Positions 37,347 to 51,215 are shown, counted from the first letter of the stretch. The stretch: 64,000 nt of DNA from Paraspadella gotoi (GCA_051294375.1 CM119264.1:23185955-23249954), one strand, 5' to 3'. Notes: a model not told the origin generated them from the letters alone. Numbers and translations: made by a program.

Positions 37347-39718
37347 AAAAAAGGAGAGATTTGGCATCCGGAGGGGTCCCACGATATTCTTTCTATTGAC
37401 GAGTCGTTTGCTTAATTAAATATCATTTAGTTAAAAAATTAAGATATTTTAGACGCCCATTTGTTTTAAGTTCTAGTTAAGGATATATTTTCCCAATAAC
37501 AGACCCATCTACTGGACTCGTTCGACTGCACTTACCAAATCTCCTTACTTCTTCCACTCGGGATGGACAGACATGATCAGTTACTGCCGCCGTGTACCTC
37601 GCTGGAGGCTTAGGTCTGCCTCTCGTGGTTGTAGACAACGGGAGATATACCACGTCGGTATATATATAGATGGAGAGGAATATTGAATCTGATAAGATAT
37701 ATTTAAGAAGCTCTCCAGATATAACGCCGTCTGCCTTCAAATACGTTTTTGTTTCACTCTTGGCCCTAGTTGAACCATACTACTTTGCACCAGAAAATCA
37801 AATACGAAAAAGAACTCCGGAACTTTTGCATCTTGAAGAGCGGGGACGTTCGTTATTGTCGGCACGGGAGGAGTCTCGTCTATAGTAGTGGTTGCGATCT
37901 CGCCGGTGTGAGGTGCGGAGGATCCTCCCGCAAGGATGGGGCTTGATGATTTGTAAGCGTAGCGATCTCTTGCTGCGTTGATGAGATGAAAAGAGTAGCC
38001 TGACAGTTTATATATCCGCCGGCAGTGAGCAACAGCACTGTGATGCCCATTGGGTGGGAGCTCTCTATTGTGCTTTTTGGGACTTCGACCTCGTGGCCTC
38101 CTGTCACTGGCGAGGTCCGCTAGGACGGTCTCGCTATGCAACGAAGAGGGAAGTCGGTTAGACTGTGTGGAATCCACAAGTGGGGTGGATGGAGCACAAC
38201 GCATGGGATGGTGCGTTCCCACCTCTGAGTCAAAGGGATTGGCTAACGAGAGTGCGAGGCGGTGTGAATTACCACACCGGCCTTATTTTTTACTAATGAC
38301 GCGTCAACCTCGTAAGCACTGACAATTGGGACCAGGAGCCGTCGACGTCCAATCTCTTTTGACCTTACCGCTCATCCGGTCACCTTGGTCAGACGTAATA
38401 TCCTTGGAACCATCAAGTGGTCGAGAGACGCTGGAGCGAAGAATGCGAGAGTTGATCGATGGGACTCGGTAACTGTTTGTCCGCGGCATGAGGGAGAGAC
38501 AGAGATGTTTTCTTGATTTGATGAGCATGAAAGTTTGGAATCGCTGAGCTTGCTTTCGCCTTGCATTCGCTGGCACTTCTCCCACAACTCTCTACATAAG
38601 CAATGCGAACATGTCCCGTTGCTGATGTCATCTAGATTTGTAATTGTTAAGTTGATGGGGAGAACATCGAAATAGAGAAAGTGCGATTGTCGTTTATCAT
38701 ATGCACGTCAAGATTTCTCTTACGTCGTTAAGTCGTCGTTTTGATTTATTTGCGCGTTGTATGGACGTCCGTCTTCATTTGTCGTCGTAGACTCGTTCGT
38801 CGTCGTCGTCTCGGCGTCAATAATATAGGGTCGTCGTCGTCATCAACACCGGAAAGGAAGCACGAACGCTCGAAGAATTTCCCCGTTGGCCGTTCAAACG
38901 CGAGGGTGAGAGAGAGAGTTCGTTGGCGAGATGGCGCTTGCACGGTCCCATCCGTTCTGCCGGACTGTGGGTGGGCGTTTGGGGGTCTGTCTTTTGGTCA
39001 CGGTCGCTGGATAATGGTGGAGCGGGGGACACAAAATGTGTTATAGTTTGAAAAAGGGCCTCCAGGTTAAACGCCGCTGCTCCTTCCTCGGTCCGCCTAT
39101 CTCTTATACAGGGGTGGTGTGGAATTAATGGTTATTCGATTTCTTTTCGACATATTACAGTTAAAAAAAACGAATTAAACTATTTTTCTTATTTAAAAAA
39201 TGGTAATACAAATAATCTAGTAAACCTATCGTACTCGTTAAAATAAAGAAAGGGTTTATCAGATCAGAAACTATTCTGCAGTCAAGTTTCGGATTGCACG
39301 ATAAAATTTTTTAACCAATTTTAAAAAAATATTGCAAAAGATAAATTCCTTAAAAGCGACCGCATATCTTTTCCGTCACCAAACTATTTCTGCTCAACAT
39401 TCCCGCCCTCCCATTCATCCCCAACGGCCTCATGCCTTTCCCCCGCCACTCACTAAGTCGGACGTAAAACGCCAGTGGAATCGTCAACGTGTTTCTCGGC
39501 AGCAGGTCTCCGCGGTTCTCTACATGAGGTAGGCCAGCCTGCGATGCAGGATCCTCCGTAAGGTCTTCTTGACCTCTGTAACCTCCGTGACGAAGCGAAC
39601 GTAAGAACGTCGACCTCCCAGATTTGCGGGCCGGGGATGTTTCGAATCACGAGGTTGGGCGCGTTGGAGAGAAGATGGAGACCGTGCTTCGGACTGGCCT
39701 TGGGGGGGCGTGGAAGGT

Positions 39719-40033
39719 TGTAGTCGGGCAATTGCCTTAGGTTCACCCGCGCCTAGAGTAATTATGACAGACTTTCAGTTTGTGACCCGGTGCGCTCCAT
39801 TGAGTAAAAGCCATGCCAGCTCAATGGACCACTGGAAGGTACCGGGTTCCAATCCCCAACCCGGTACCTACCCTGCGGGACAGCGTGAGGACGGCCGTAA
39901 GCCGCCCTTGGGGGAATGGCAACCTCATGCTGCTTTGGTTCCAAGCCCAGGAACCGTTCGCCATGGCTGCTAGAGGGGGTTATAGAAGTTACGGAACAAG
40001 TCATCTCAGCCCACGTAAGCGCCTTGATCCACA
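39719..40033 (+). mobile_element. Family-B insertion (TGTAG...CCACA), absent from the other copy of the gene
   Basis: Noisy copy of 59856-60140. The empty site GGAAGGTTAATGG is at 27782-27794; duplication GGT(T). Confidence 0.85.
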
Positions 40034-40677
40034 GGTTAAATGCAGCGGATGACCGCCCTTGGGTTTATGAGCATCTTTTTATTTCCGTCCCAGAGCTATT
40101 TTAAACTGTTGAAATATAATTGGGATTATTTTTTTGTCTGAAAATAAGTCTTCAATGCTGCCGAACATGATTGGCCACGTTCGAAGAAAAATTATCATGC
40201 TTCTATCCTCGTTTCTGCGGAATGTGATGATGGCAATCCCATCGATTAACCGAACCCAGAACGAACGATGCATCAAACCATTGTTGTTTCCGCCACAAAC
40301 CACCAAGCATGCTACCCACCTTGTCCGAGTTTGCAAAGCCCACGCCTAGCAGTTGAGGGTACCACCTGACTTTCTCTCCGTGGTCCTTGGGCTCTGTGTA
40401 AAAGGCTGGGCTGATCAGAGCCGCTCTGGCTGTCGCGTGGTGGCTGAAGTCCTTGATGCTCCTCCACTCGAATTTCCGTTAGAACTTTCTTGTACAATCT
40501 GGACGCCCGCAAGTGGCTGAAGCCGTCGGGGTGTGCTGGATTTCTTGAAGCCTTGGAAGAGTTTTGGAGGAAGGGGGGAGTCGGCATAATGCTTGAGACA
40601 ACGCATGACGAAACATCGAAATATAAGTTATTAAAGTGGAAAAAAGCCATGAACTGTATGATAAGAATGATTTATCT

Positions 40678-40952
40678 TGAAGAAGGCTGTTTTGCGAGGG
40701 CGCCACACCCGCAGCGGTTGTACCTCGTGGCGATCAGCGAGACAGCAATGTTCATGTAGTCCAGAGCTTTGGATCTGCTGTAGGGCCCATGCCTACAGGC
40801 GGTTACCCGGATCCATCCCACTTTCTACATGACAAACCTCAGGGATCCGAACCAGGGACGCACATTTGGGATCGGTGGATTAGTCCACTGAGCCACTGAG
40901 GCGCTGCAAAGAAACAGCTTTAATCACATCTGTGGTGATAGGACCACCAAGA
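40678..40952 (-). mobile_element. Family-A-related insertion with tRNA-type A/B boxes and TSD ATCT, absent from the other copy
   Basis: ATCT at 40674-40677 and 40953-40956; empty site TTTATCTTTTG at ~28350. The minus strand carries TGGCTCAGTGG (A box) and GGTTCGGATCC (B box). Plus strand starts TGAAGA. Confidence 0.8.
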
Positions 40953-42652
40953 ATCTTTTTGAATTAGCAAATTGAAAATTACTCCGCATTGAAAATCTGG
41001 TGAATTGAATTCAATCGACTCACTTTAGAGAGCAACGTAATGTAATGGTAATGTAATGGTAATGTATGTAATGTTAGATGTAATGTAATGTTAATGTAAG
41101 TATAGGGACATCATACGTCTAATCTGAACGAACTAGTGCAGGCGCAGAACGCCGTGGTGACGCGTTGCACTCACAATATTCCTCCTCCTTTTGACCTTAA
41201 GAATGCTGCGACTGTTCCCGGTCCGCCCTTCACGTCCTTCCGGCCATACTCGAATGATTTTCCGGCATTTTGTTTCTTTCTTTGTTTCTATTCGTTTTGT
41301 TTGTTTTGTTTGTTCCTTCCGCGATTTTCAAAGTTTGAAGGTCTTTCAAAACGCCGAAGTTTTTTTTTTCGTTGTTTTCCGGATTTTGGTTTTTGTTTAC
41401 AAACAAACGATGAAACAAACGCAATAAAATCCTGCGACGACGACAACGACTTGTTTCCCCCCGTTAACGCACGCGCGAGACCGATAACGTCTTTTGTGCG
41501 CGCGCTGAACGAGAAAAACGTCTTCGAATGCTTGAGAGAAACCGCGGGCCGCCTACTGGATTATGGGTCCCCGCCCGAGATCGAACAACAACCTGAAGCA
41601 ACCGGGTCGGCGACGACGACGAAGACGACGACGTCAAGAACAACAAGCGGACCGCGATCCCGCACATTGTCGAATTAATCGGAGATCCCGGTGAAAATTG
41701 GAAGTCGAGTCGAGATTGTTGACGCGCCTATTTAATCAATGAAGATCAAGTAAAAGTACATATTATACCGCGAATTAACCATGTTACTGACAAAATCTGA
41801 AAATTTGATTTGATTTGTTTTCATAAATCCGTAACTATTTTGATCGATCCTCATATCAATTCTCTAACGGGACCTCTTCTTCGCGCACAGTCCAAAAAAA
41901 AAATAGTGAAAAGGTTTTATGTCGAAGTAGATTTTTTTCGGCGATGATCCTAACTAGCCGGACGAAGAAAAAAAGAGCGAAGCCGAAAGTGGTAATCCAA
42001 AGTTATTAAGTTGATGCTCGGAGCTCAAGGCTTGACCGCAGATTAAAAATGCAAACTGTTATTAAGTAAGGTATCGCGGTGAGGTGATCGTGGGCCCGCC
42101 AGCGTCGTCGCGTCATCAGAAAGCATCTTCGTAGTCATAAGCATAATGTCAATAAGCGTGAGCATATTAAGTATTTGACATTCTGCTTCTAATTTTCGGG
42201 CGTCGAGGATCATTTCAGTTTTACTTTTTAAAAACGTTGACTAATGGCTACGGATTTATTTCACAATCGGGTGGGACAGTGATGTCGTTTATTTGGCGTC
42301 TAATGTGAGGCGGACCGCACAACATCTGGAGCGGTAACGGATGAAATCTGTATCATAGTATTGATTATTAAACGGAATTCATATAACAAACGATTTTGTT
42401 TACTTATAAAAGCAATTAATAAGCAGTACATTTAAACATTTATTCGACAAAAACTAATTCATGTAAAACATGTAAACATACAAAAAACGAGTAAAACATG
42501 AAGTCATTCGTTGGCGAAGGAAAATGAAGAGAGAAAACAAGAGTCGTCTTTGTCTCTATTTCTCGCTCAAGGAGAAAGAGAGAAAATAAGTTTGGGAGGG
42601 AAAAGTATAATGAATTTTCAACACTTCTCTCAATGAAAGAGAGAGAGAGAGA

Positions 42653-42685
<33 letters not shown>

Positions 42686-45600
42686 AGAGAGGAGAGAGAA
42701 GAGAGAGAGACGAGAGAGAGAGAGAGAGAGAGAAGAGACGAGTCTCGGCATCGAATGCACCAGTCACGTCGCGAACGAAAATCGTTTCAGCCCCTTTATC
42801 GACGAAAAATGATGCAGCAGCGAAGACGATGATGACAACAAGCGGCTGACAACATACGTATTACATAGTTCTATGGTCCGTATCTGCAGTAATCATAATA
42901 TTATCGAATAAATATCTGTAATTACTAAATGAACTCGAAATTGATAGACATTTTCCAGCATAACATCATCATCTTCATTATCATCATCTCTTCATCTCAT
43001 CATCATCATCAAAATCATCACCATCCACAACAGACCAACTGTATATCATAATTCAAATCAGAATTCAATCCGATTCTGAATCGACGAGACGAAACGGAAT
43101 TGAATCTCCTCGACTTTAATAGAACGAAGGCGAAGTAGAAAACGATACTGCACAGGCGCCGAGAGGCATCTGCCCGCTGCCGCTGCCGGCCGCCACCGAC
43201 GCCGGCCGCCGCAGCCGACGACGACGACCACAACAACCAACACCGATGAGATGCGTCGAGATTGCGAATGATGTGTATGAATTTCGGTTCGTGACTTTTC
43301 TTTCTTCTTCGAATTCGATAATTCGTCTGATTCTCTGAAGCGTCGATTCGGGGATTTCCTATCTCGCTCATGAATCGCTTATTTTGAGTCTTGGGGTCGG
43401 CGTTTCTTAAGAAACACACTCGCCCACACGGAAAACGCAGGAAGGCAGGAAATAAAAAGGAAGGAAGGAAGGACTGAAAGGAAGGGAAGAAGGCAGAAAG
43501 GAAGATATAAAGAAAGAAAGAGAGGAAAGCTGCAGAAAAACATTTTTTTTCTAAAACTAAAAGTTTTGAATACTACGTCACGACAGAAGACAGAAAAAGT
43601 TCTCCAACAGGGCCATATAATAGGCGATAGAATATGCGTTGCCGACGCAACTGAAAAGTTTTCAATACTCGTTTTTTTCAAATAATTCGGTGTCAAACCG
43701 CGAAAGTTTCGTCCATTTCTCTTCTTACTTCCTTCCTTTTTCTCGTTCCCGACTTCTTCCTTCTCTTCCTCTTTCCTTCTCACACCGAAAAGGAAAAAAA
43801 AATGACGGAAGTTTTATTAATGATGTTTTTTTTTCTCCGAGAAAAACGCGATGGAAGAATTAATAGGGGGGGGAGGAAAAGGGGGTCGAGGAAGGGAGGG
43901 AGGAAAGCGAGGGAGATGAAGAGGGGGAATGAAAGAGGGAAAAGGTCACTCGACCGGAATAGTGAAGTCAGTAATAAGAAGATGATTGTGAGGCGAAGGA
44001 AATTAAATGGCCTTTTAATTGTTGGACGATACGCGGAGAAAGTGGCGAAAGATGGGAAAGTGCACGGGAACTCGGATTTGATGCGAAAGCGTTTGCTGGG
44101 AAATGGGACATTGAGGGGAAGTGTGTTTGACGTTCAATTTGTAGTCAAACATTAAACCGTAAACCTCGAACATAATGCATATTTAACGGCTACAGCAAAT
44201 TTTTTTATAGGTTATGAAAAATGGAGAGCTATGGATTGTTAACATTGGTTGTACGTTTTTTTTGTTATTATTGCGTTTTGGTTGCGTCGTCGTCGTCGTC
44301 CGTCGTCGTCGATGTCCGCTCAAAAAGCGGCGAAGGAGAAAAATACGAAAACTCGTCGATCACAAAGAAAAATAAGAAATTGATTAATGAAGAAGAGATA
44401 TTGGTTGGGTGAATGGCGGCGGGAGCGGCTGCAAGCGGTAGGCGGCGCGGCTGCGGCAGCGACGCGGCTGGCGACGGTTAGCGGCAATGGAGAAAATGGG
44501 CGCTAATAATCGAGATAGCACAGATGATGGTGATGGAAGTGACGCGGAGCCGATAGGAATCGAGGATTTACGATAAAGATGGAAATTTGGTCCAGAAACA
44601 TAAATAGGAAAGCGAGCCTAGTTGACCTCAACGATGTGGCGGAAGTTGTAAAAATAAAAGAGGTTTGGGTTATTAGTAAAGATAAAAGAATGGATGCTAA
44701 TAATGAGAAGGGGAGCGAAGAAAATAGAGATGAGAATATGAGGAGCAAAGAGTTAAAAGGGAAAGCGGTAGATATGAAGGAGCGAAAAGAAAGAAAAAAT
44801 GAATAAAGAAAACAAGGAAGAGAATTTTTATGAAAATCGCCGAAAGAAAAATGGCGGCGTGGAATCCGCTTTATTATTTGAGCGGGGCTGCGTCTGTTGA
44901 AGGGGGGAGAGGGGGAGAGTGGGGAGGAGGGGGAAGGGGTGGAAGGAAAGGGTGGACCGGTGGGTATAATTATTATCTGAGGGGGATTTGAAGGCGATAT
45001 GGGTTGGATACGTGGATAATTAAGGCGTAGTGAAAGTTACATACGAAAATTCCTAAAATCAATTATGAAGGCAACATACCATTCAGTGAACATTAATTTG
45101 TAAAAATTAATATTATTTGGTTGTTTTTTAATTTTCGAAGTAGGCCTATATTGTATATATAGTAAGCTATCCTTATAAAAGTCGAAATTTTCAAAATCAG
45201 GCTTTTCCTTAATTTTGATTGCAGATTGAATTTCTCGCAAAAGTTGATAAAATTTTTAAAAAAATATTTTATTAAGTGGGTTAAAATTAATAAAAAAAAC
45301 TAATTTAATATATAGAAGTTAATTTTCAGCTTAAATATAGCTTTTTTTTTTTTAAATTTTTAGACTCACTAATGAAGGAATTTTTCAAAAAGAGTTATGA
45401 ACGAATCTAAATCTGCAAAAAAATCTTAAAAAAAAACTTTTTGAAAAGTTAACATTTATTTGGTTTGTACTTAGTAAAATATGGCTTACTACGTAAAATT
45501 TGTAAAATTTATTATAAATTTTTTATTAATATAAATGTTCATTTAGTATAAATGTTGTTCGTCTCCTTACTTAGAATTTTAATCAACGTTAAATTTAGGA

Positions 45601-46617
45601 ACTTTTTACACTACGCCTGTAGTGAAATATAAGGGTGAAGTAAACAAGTTTGGGATTAAATTTAAAATTTGGTGAATATAAATCTGTATTTATTTTTTTT
45701 TTTTTTAGTATCCCAGTGGCCTTATTTTGGTATTTAGTAGTTCCCTCTGTATAATATTAAAATTCATTTTTTTTTTCAAATTCTGAATACAGATTTCGAT
45801 TTTTCATAATATTGATTAAAAAAATATAAATCTTTTTAAAAAATAGTAAAAAATATTTTTAAGCTGAAAATTAAAAATTGATATTTTAACTATGTTTTTT
45901 ATACTTTTGACCACTTTAATAAAAAAAAATTTCAAAAAAGTTACACTTTCTTATATCAAACTTTTTTCAAGGAAGTCAAATCCTATTTTAAAATTCAGAA
46001 TTCTTATTTTGAAATTATTTATATAAAAATATAGCTACAACGCAGCCCCAGTCTTGAATAACATTTAAAAATGAATATTATGGGTTTTTTATTTACATGA
46101 TCCATATGCTAAATTTTTATTTTATGAAATTTTTATTATTTACACATCACTCTAGTTGACATGAGTTTGCTGAATGGGAAAGTAAAAGAGAAAACCGACT
46201 AGACCAAAAATTCATTTTTCAATCTTTTCGACGAATATATTAACTATGGGTTTTTTATTTAAATCAATTGTCAAATAAAAGTTTCGATCACTTTTCAGAA
46301 AGGAAGAATCATTTTGTATGTTTAGTTTTGTTTACTATTCACAAGTAAATAAATTATTCTTATAATAACCGTAAAACATAACATTACAACGAATCGGTTG
46401 TGGTAAAAAAATATCTTCCTCAACCAAAACAATAGTTTTGAGAGCAGTTTTAACGGTTTTGCATTTTCAGAGAAATTTTCCGCCCATAAAATCAGACGTC
46501 AATTAGACATCAGACTAAATAAACCCTCAAAGACGAAGACGACGACGATAACGACGACGACGAAGACGAACGAAATCGTAAACCACTCAAGCGAACGAAG
46601 AAACAAAAAGGACGGAG

Positions 46618-46653
<36 letters not shown>

Positions 46654-47390
46654 CTCTCTCATCTCCTCTCTCTCTCTCTCTCTTTCTTTTGTGGGACTCG
46701 TTGTTTCTCCCAATGAGATTTTTTAATGGGAAGGAAAAAAGGAAAAAATGGCGGACGAGAAAAAAAGTAAATCGAGAGAGGAGAATTTGGACGAACGATG
46801 ATGACGACGATGACGACGACGAAGAAGAACGAACGAGGAAGACGACGACGATGATGAAGAACGATGACGTCGATGAGGAAGAAGAACACCATGAAGATGA
46901 TGATGACGAATGTAAAATTTAAATCTCACTGCTACCGAATGTTTAAATCAAAATGAAAGTTAAAAGACAACGGTTAAATGTTTGAGAGCTCTGCCATAAC
47001 GCAATGGATTTAATTAAATTTACAAATTTTAATTATAATATTGATTAGCGCGGCTGACATGCGCCAGCGACGATAACATTGACGGTGACAGTCACCGACG
47101 AAAATGGACGCTGCCGCCGCCGCCGCCTCTTGTCGCCGCCGTCGCCGTCCTTTTTCGCCGCCGGAAATGGGAGTCGTTGTTGTTTAATGGATTCTCCGGT
47201 CATTCGGCCAGAAACGAGGGGAAAAAAATTCCGGCTCCGAACTGAATGGAGTTAATTTCTTGGTTAGATCTTTTTATGTCTTTTAATTCCCTCCGAGTCT
47301 AAACGACGGAGCTCGAGAAAAATTTGACAACGAGAAAATGTGGGGGGGGGAGAATCTGATCTCAATTCCCATCCTTGTCTCCTCTAGCTT

Positions 47391-47485
<95 letters not shown>

Positions 47486-47642
47486 AGAGCGGTTGATTTC
47501 TCTGTCTCTAAATTCCCTCCTGCTTCCCCTTTTCCACTCCCCCTCTCCCTTCCTCCTCCAAGCGAGATAGCGAGCAAACGAGTCCCCGAGCTATCTCCCC
47601 GGAATCGCTCCGCCGCGATAACATTCGCGATGTTTTGCCTTC

Positions 47643-47732
47643 ATCTCCATGGCAACAATGATGTTTATTTGAATCTTCCCGCGGCAACAATCGTGTTTAT
47701 TTGAATCCTCCTCTCTTCATCTCCATGGCAAC
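47643..47732. promoter_or_regulatory. Cluster of RFX X-box motifs with forkhead-like TGTTTA sites (duplicated at 51460-51549)
   Basis: ATCTCCATGGCAAC x2 and CTTCCCGCGGCAAC, two of the three followed by TGTTTATTTGA; fits the X-box consensus. Confidence 0.55.
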
Positions 47733-47925
47733 AATGAGCGCCGACTGCTTTCGACAACAAAAGGGGACTCCCCCTCGCTCTTCTTCTCCTCCCCCCCTCT
47801 CCTTCTCTCCTACCCTTCGTCTCCGTTTAGGAGCTCAAACTCTCCTCCCGCTCAAAGATCATCAAAGTTTTTCTTACGAATCTCTCTCAGCACAATACGA
47901 TTTTTCTTCTTCCCTTCACAAGTTT

Positions 47926-47978
<53 letters not shown>

Positions 47979-48041
47979 AATCTCTTTCTTTTTTGCTAAG
48001 AGTAAGTTCACCTTGATGATGTCTTCTTCGTGTGTCCCGAA

Positions 48042-48160
48042 GAGTGGCCTAAAAGTGGCCTTAAACTTGCCTTAAAAGGTGGCCTTAAACTTACATTGAA
48101 AGTGGCCTTAAACTTGCCTTAAAAGTGGCCTAAAATTTGCCTTAGAAAAGGCCTTTAAAT
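48042..48160. repeat. ~21-22 bp minisatellite AAAGTGGCCTTAAACTTGCCTT (also 51861-51978)
   Basis: About 5 degenerate tandem units. Confidence 0.85.
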
Positions 48161-48369
48161 TGTCTCAGAAGGTTCCTTCAAAGGCTTTTTAATGGCAAAA
48201 ATTGTGATTCAAAAAAATAGTCAATCCGATCTTCTTTTTTTTTTTCGACCGAATTTGATAATTATTGCCAGATGTTGGTCACCCACATATCTTTAAAAAA
48301 TTTGATAACAAATGTTTATTTTTTAGGACCCGATTAGATTTTTAAACTAAAAAGTTTAAATTTAATTAG

Positions 48370-51215
48370 AATTTTGAAAACAAGCAGCCGAAGAGTTGTG
48401 GCGATCGGTTGTCAAGTTTGTTGTCTCTTCGGTTCGTTCGGAAATCCCATTAAATTTGATCTTGAAAATGTTCGGCGTTTGTTATTACATATTTTGGCGG
48501 CGCCAATTATTCAACATGTTGCCGCGGTCGGTAAGCAACAAAACTAATATTTTTGCATTATTTTTTTTTTTTTCTTCAACATTTTTTTCAAACCGTAGCT
48601 TTCTCGCGACTCCTTACACAAAGTTTGTTTTGTCATTTCCGTCCCTACCTCATCGCTCTCCCTAGATCACCCCTGTAAGATAGACCCAAAGTTAGTAATT
48701 TACAGACATCGAGTTTCATAAAAAAACGTTGCACACTTAATCAGACGTATATATAAATAATTTTCGTACAAAAATATTTAAGTTTAATGCTCGAACATAA
48801 AGAGATCCCGAATCGAATACGTCATTCGTATCTTTTAATGTTAAAGACCGGTCAAGCCGGTCAAAAAGAACAAAAGATACTAGCGAACCTGGCGGATATT
48901 CGCGAATTTTCATAAAAAGAGCATCTTTTCCCTGTGAAATCTGACGATGAGTTTAGTTTTTTTTTAATAACATATGTATTAATAATAATATTTTCTATGT
49001 TTTATTAAATAATTTCATAATGCTTAATAATTTTATAAGTTTTTAGTAGCTGCATGTTGTGATTTTTAATAGTTTTTTCTGTTTTTTTATAGGAAAACAT
49101 TTTAGAAATTAATCGCTATTTTTTGTTTTGCTGTACTGAAATTCAGTCTGAACATATATTTAAAGAGAAATTAATATAAAATATGATCTTATATATAAAA
49201 TGATAAATAACATAAATATAATTAATATTTAATAAAAGATGAATTTTTTTAACAATGAAAATATTTATACAAAAACATAAATGCTTTAAAGATTTGATTG
49301 ATACAATTTTATCCCCTTCTCTTAAACTATTATTATATTATAGAAGTCATTTTTCCTATGTACTATAGTTTCATTTTTATAACTATTAATAGGGCCAATA
49401 ATTAAGGATGAATGAGGGTTTGAGCATCCATAGTGAAATTTTTTGTTCAATTATAAAAAATATCTCGGATTTTTTTTTAGTTTTAGTCATTGTATTATTT
49501 ATTTTCATTTGTTGTTTGATTAGAGACGAAATAATAACTTTTTTAATGGTTAACAATAACGACATAATGTTTTACATAAAAATGGAATTTTCGAACTAAT
49601 TGTTTAGCCTTCATCGTTGTTTGTTAACAATTAAAATGTTATCATATTATCATATTGTTTTTAATCTAATTTGTTTAACTCACTTTTTCAATTTGGTTGA
49701 TTGAAGAATTAACAAAGCAATCTATCATTATTTACAGACAATAGGTTTCGATTAATTTTAGAATTAATTGACATGTTTGATTTAAAAAACTTATAAAACA
49801 AAAGCAATTCTTTAAAATCTTGGAAGTTAAGTTTTCCCTCTCAAAAGTTCTCTGTTTTCTTTTATAAATGAAAGTAGGTTTTTGTTAATGATCCTAAAAT
49901 TAAAACAAATTAATAGAGACAGTTATTTATACAATCAAAAAATGAAGTCCCGGTTCATGTTTACCTCAACACAAAAAGGATCCAATCGTTCCAATCTACA
50001 ATCTCCAATCTATGTATTTGCATTCAAAATTTAGTAATATTCTATTAGATCGTATTTAATTTTCTTTCCTGATCATTCAAACATAAATACTTAAATCATT
50101 GATTATGATATTGAATGGATCCTTTTCACTTATCTATATGTATATACGGTGTAGCAGGATTGTGCCACGTATTATTGGACCCATAAAATTGCGCCCTAGG
50201 ATTGCACCCATGTAGCATTGGCCCACATACAATTGCACCATAGTATTCCGCCCACGGTATTCCCACGTATTCCTACGTGGGTACAATCTAATGGAAACCT
50301 AGTGACTAAAAATTACTTTAAAAATATAGAAAAATATTCATTAATAATTTTAAAATAATTTAATTCTTTCTTTGCAGTAATTTTTAAAATAATTTTTTTT
50401 ATTAATTATTATTATTAATATTAAATACTAATATTAATATTAGTATTATTATTTTTTTTTAAAATTTTACTTTTATTGTTATTTTAATATTTGTTATCAA
50501 GTTTTTCCATATTTACGCTATTATTAAAGCACGTATAATAGTAACTTAAACGAATGAATTATACAATTTATAATACAATTATATTATATTATATGTAATA
50601 AGGAACTTAAACAAGCAAAATAGTTAATATTTTATTTTATGCAAAAATCTCTTTGAATTCTTCATTTTGGTAGAAAAAGAAGCATTCAGACCTCATTTAA
50701 TTGCTATTTTGTCTTATTTATATTAGTATAAATACTATAAATTATTTAATTTATAAAATATATATTCTTTACTATAATATTCAATTATTTATTATATTAA
50801 AATAATAAAACGTTTTAAAATTACGCGAATAAAAGAGCGTCATCGTTATCTGACAAATTCGATCGTAAGCTAATTTGCATAATTTAGAGCCAGATAAAAA
50901 ATCGACCGGGATCTCTCATGTTGAGAAATTTCAAATCGGAATAAAAGGTGTTTAAATTAAAGTATATATCATGTGTGATCACTTGTGTGACGTTTTTGAA
51001 AATCTGAATCCATCTTGATACACTACTGTAAGTGGTTCTCTCTATTTTCTTCCCTACCCTACCTCTCCCTAGAACACCCCTTCAAGTGGTTTTTGTTGTC
51101 CGCTTTGCAACGCGGCGTCGAGCAGATGACGACGTCTNNNNNNNNNNNNNNNNNNNNNNNNNATGTGGGGGGGGGAGAATCTGATCTCAATTCCATCCTT
51201 GTCTCTCTAGCTTTT

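Larger units (their letters stand above)
37362..41268 (-). pseudogene. Indel-riddled second copy of the MATH-BTB gene; probably an uncorrected long-read / alternate-haplotype copy rather than a true pseudogene
   Basis: Collinear with 25484-28549 including introns. Differences are dominated by 1-bp insertions and deletions spread evenly over exons and introns. Confidence 0.8.

Noticed and set aside
39097-39110. CTATCTCTTATACA, 13/14 identical to the Tn5/Nextera mosaic end
   Set aside because: The following CATCT is absent and the motif also resembles the family-A terminus CTATCTCTTCA. Not called as adapter, but it is a caveat for this one insertion.
37362-41268. Genuine MATH-BTB gene family expansion
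   Set aside because: The error pattern (uniform single-base indels) and proximity to gaps favour an assembly artefact.
48878-48905. TACTAGCGAACCTGGC, Helitron-end-like motif
   Set aside because: No second end, copy or convincing subterminal hairpin found.
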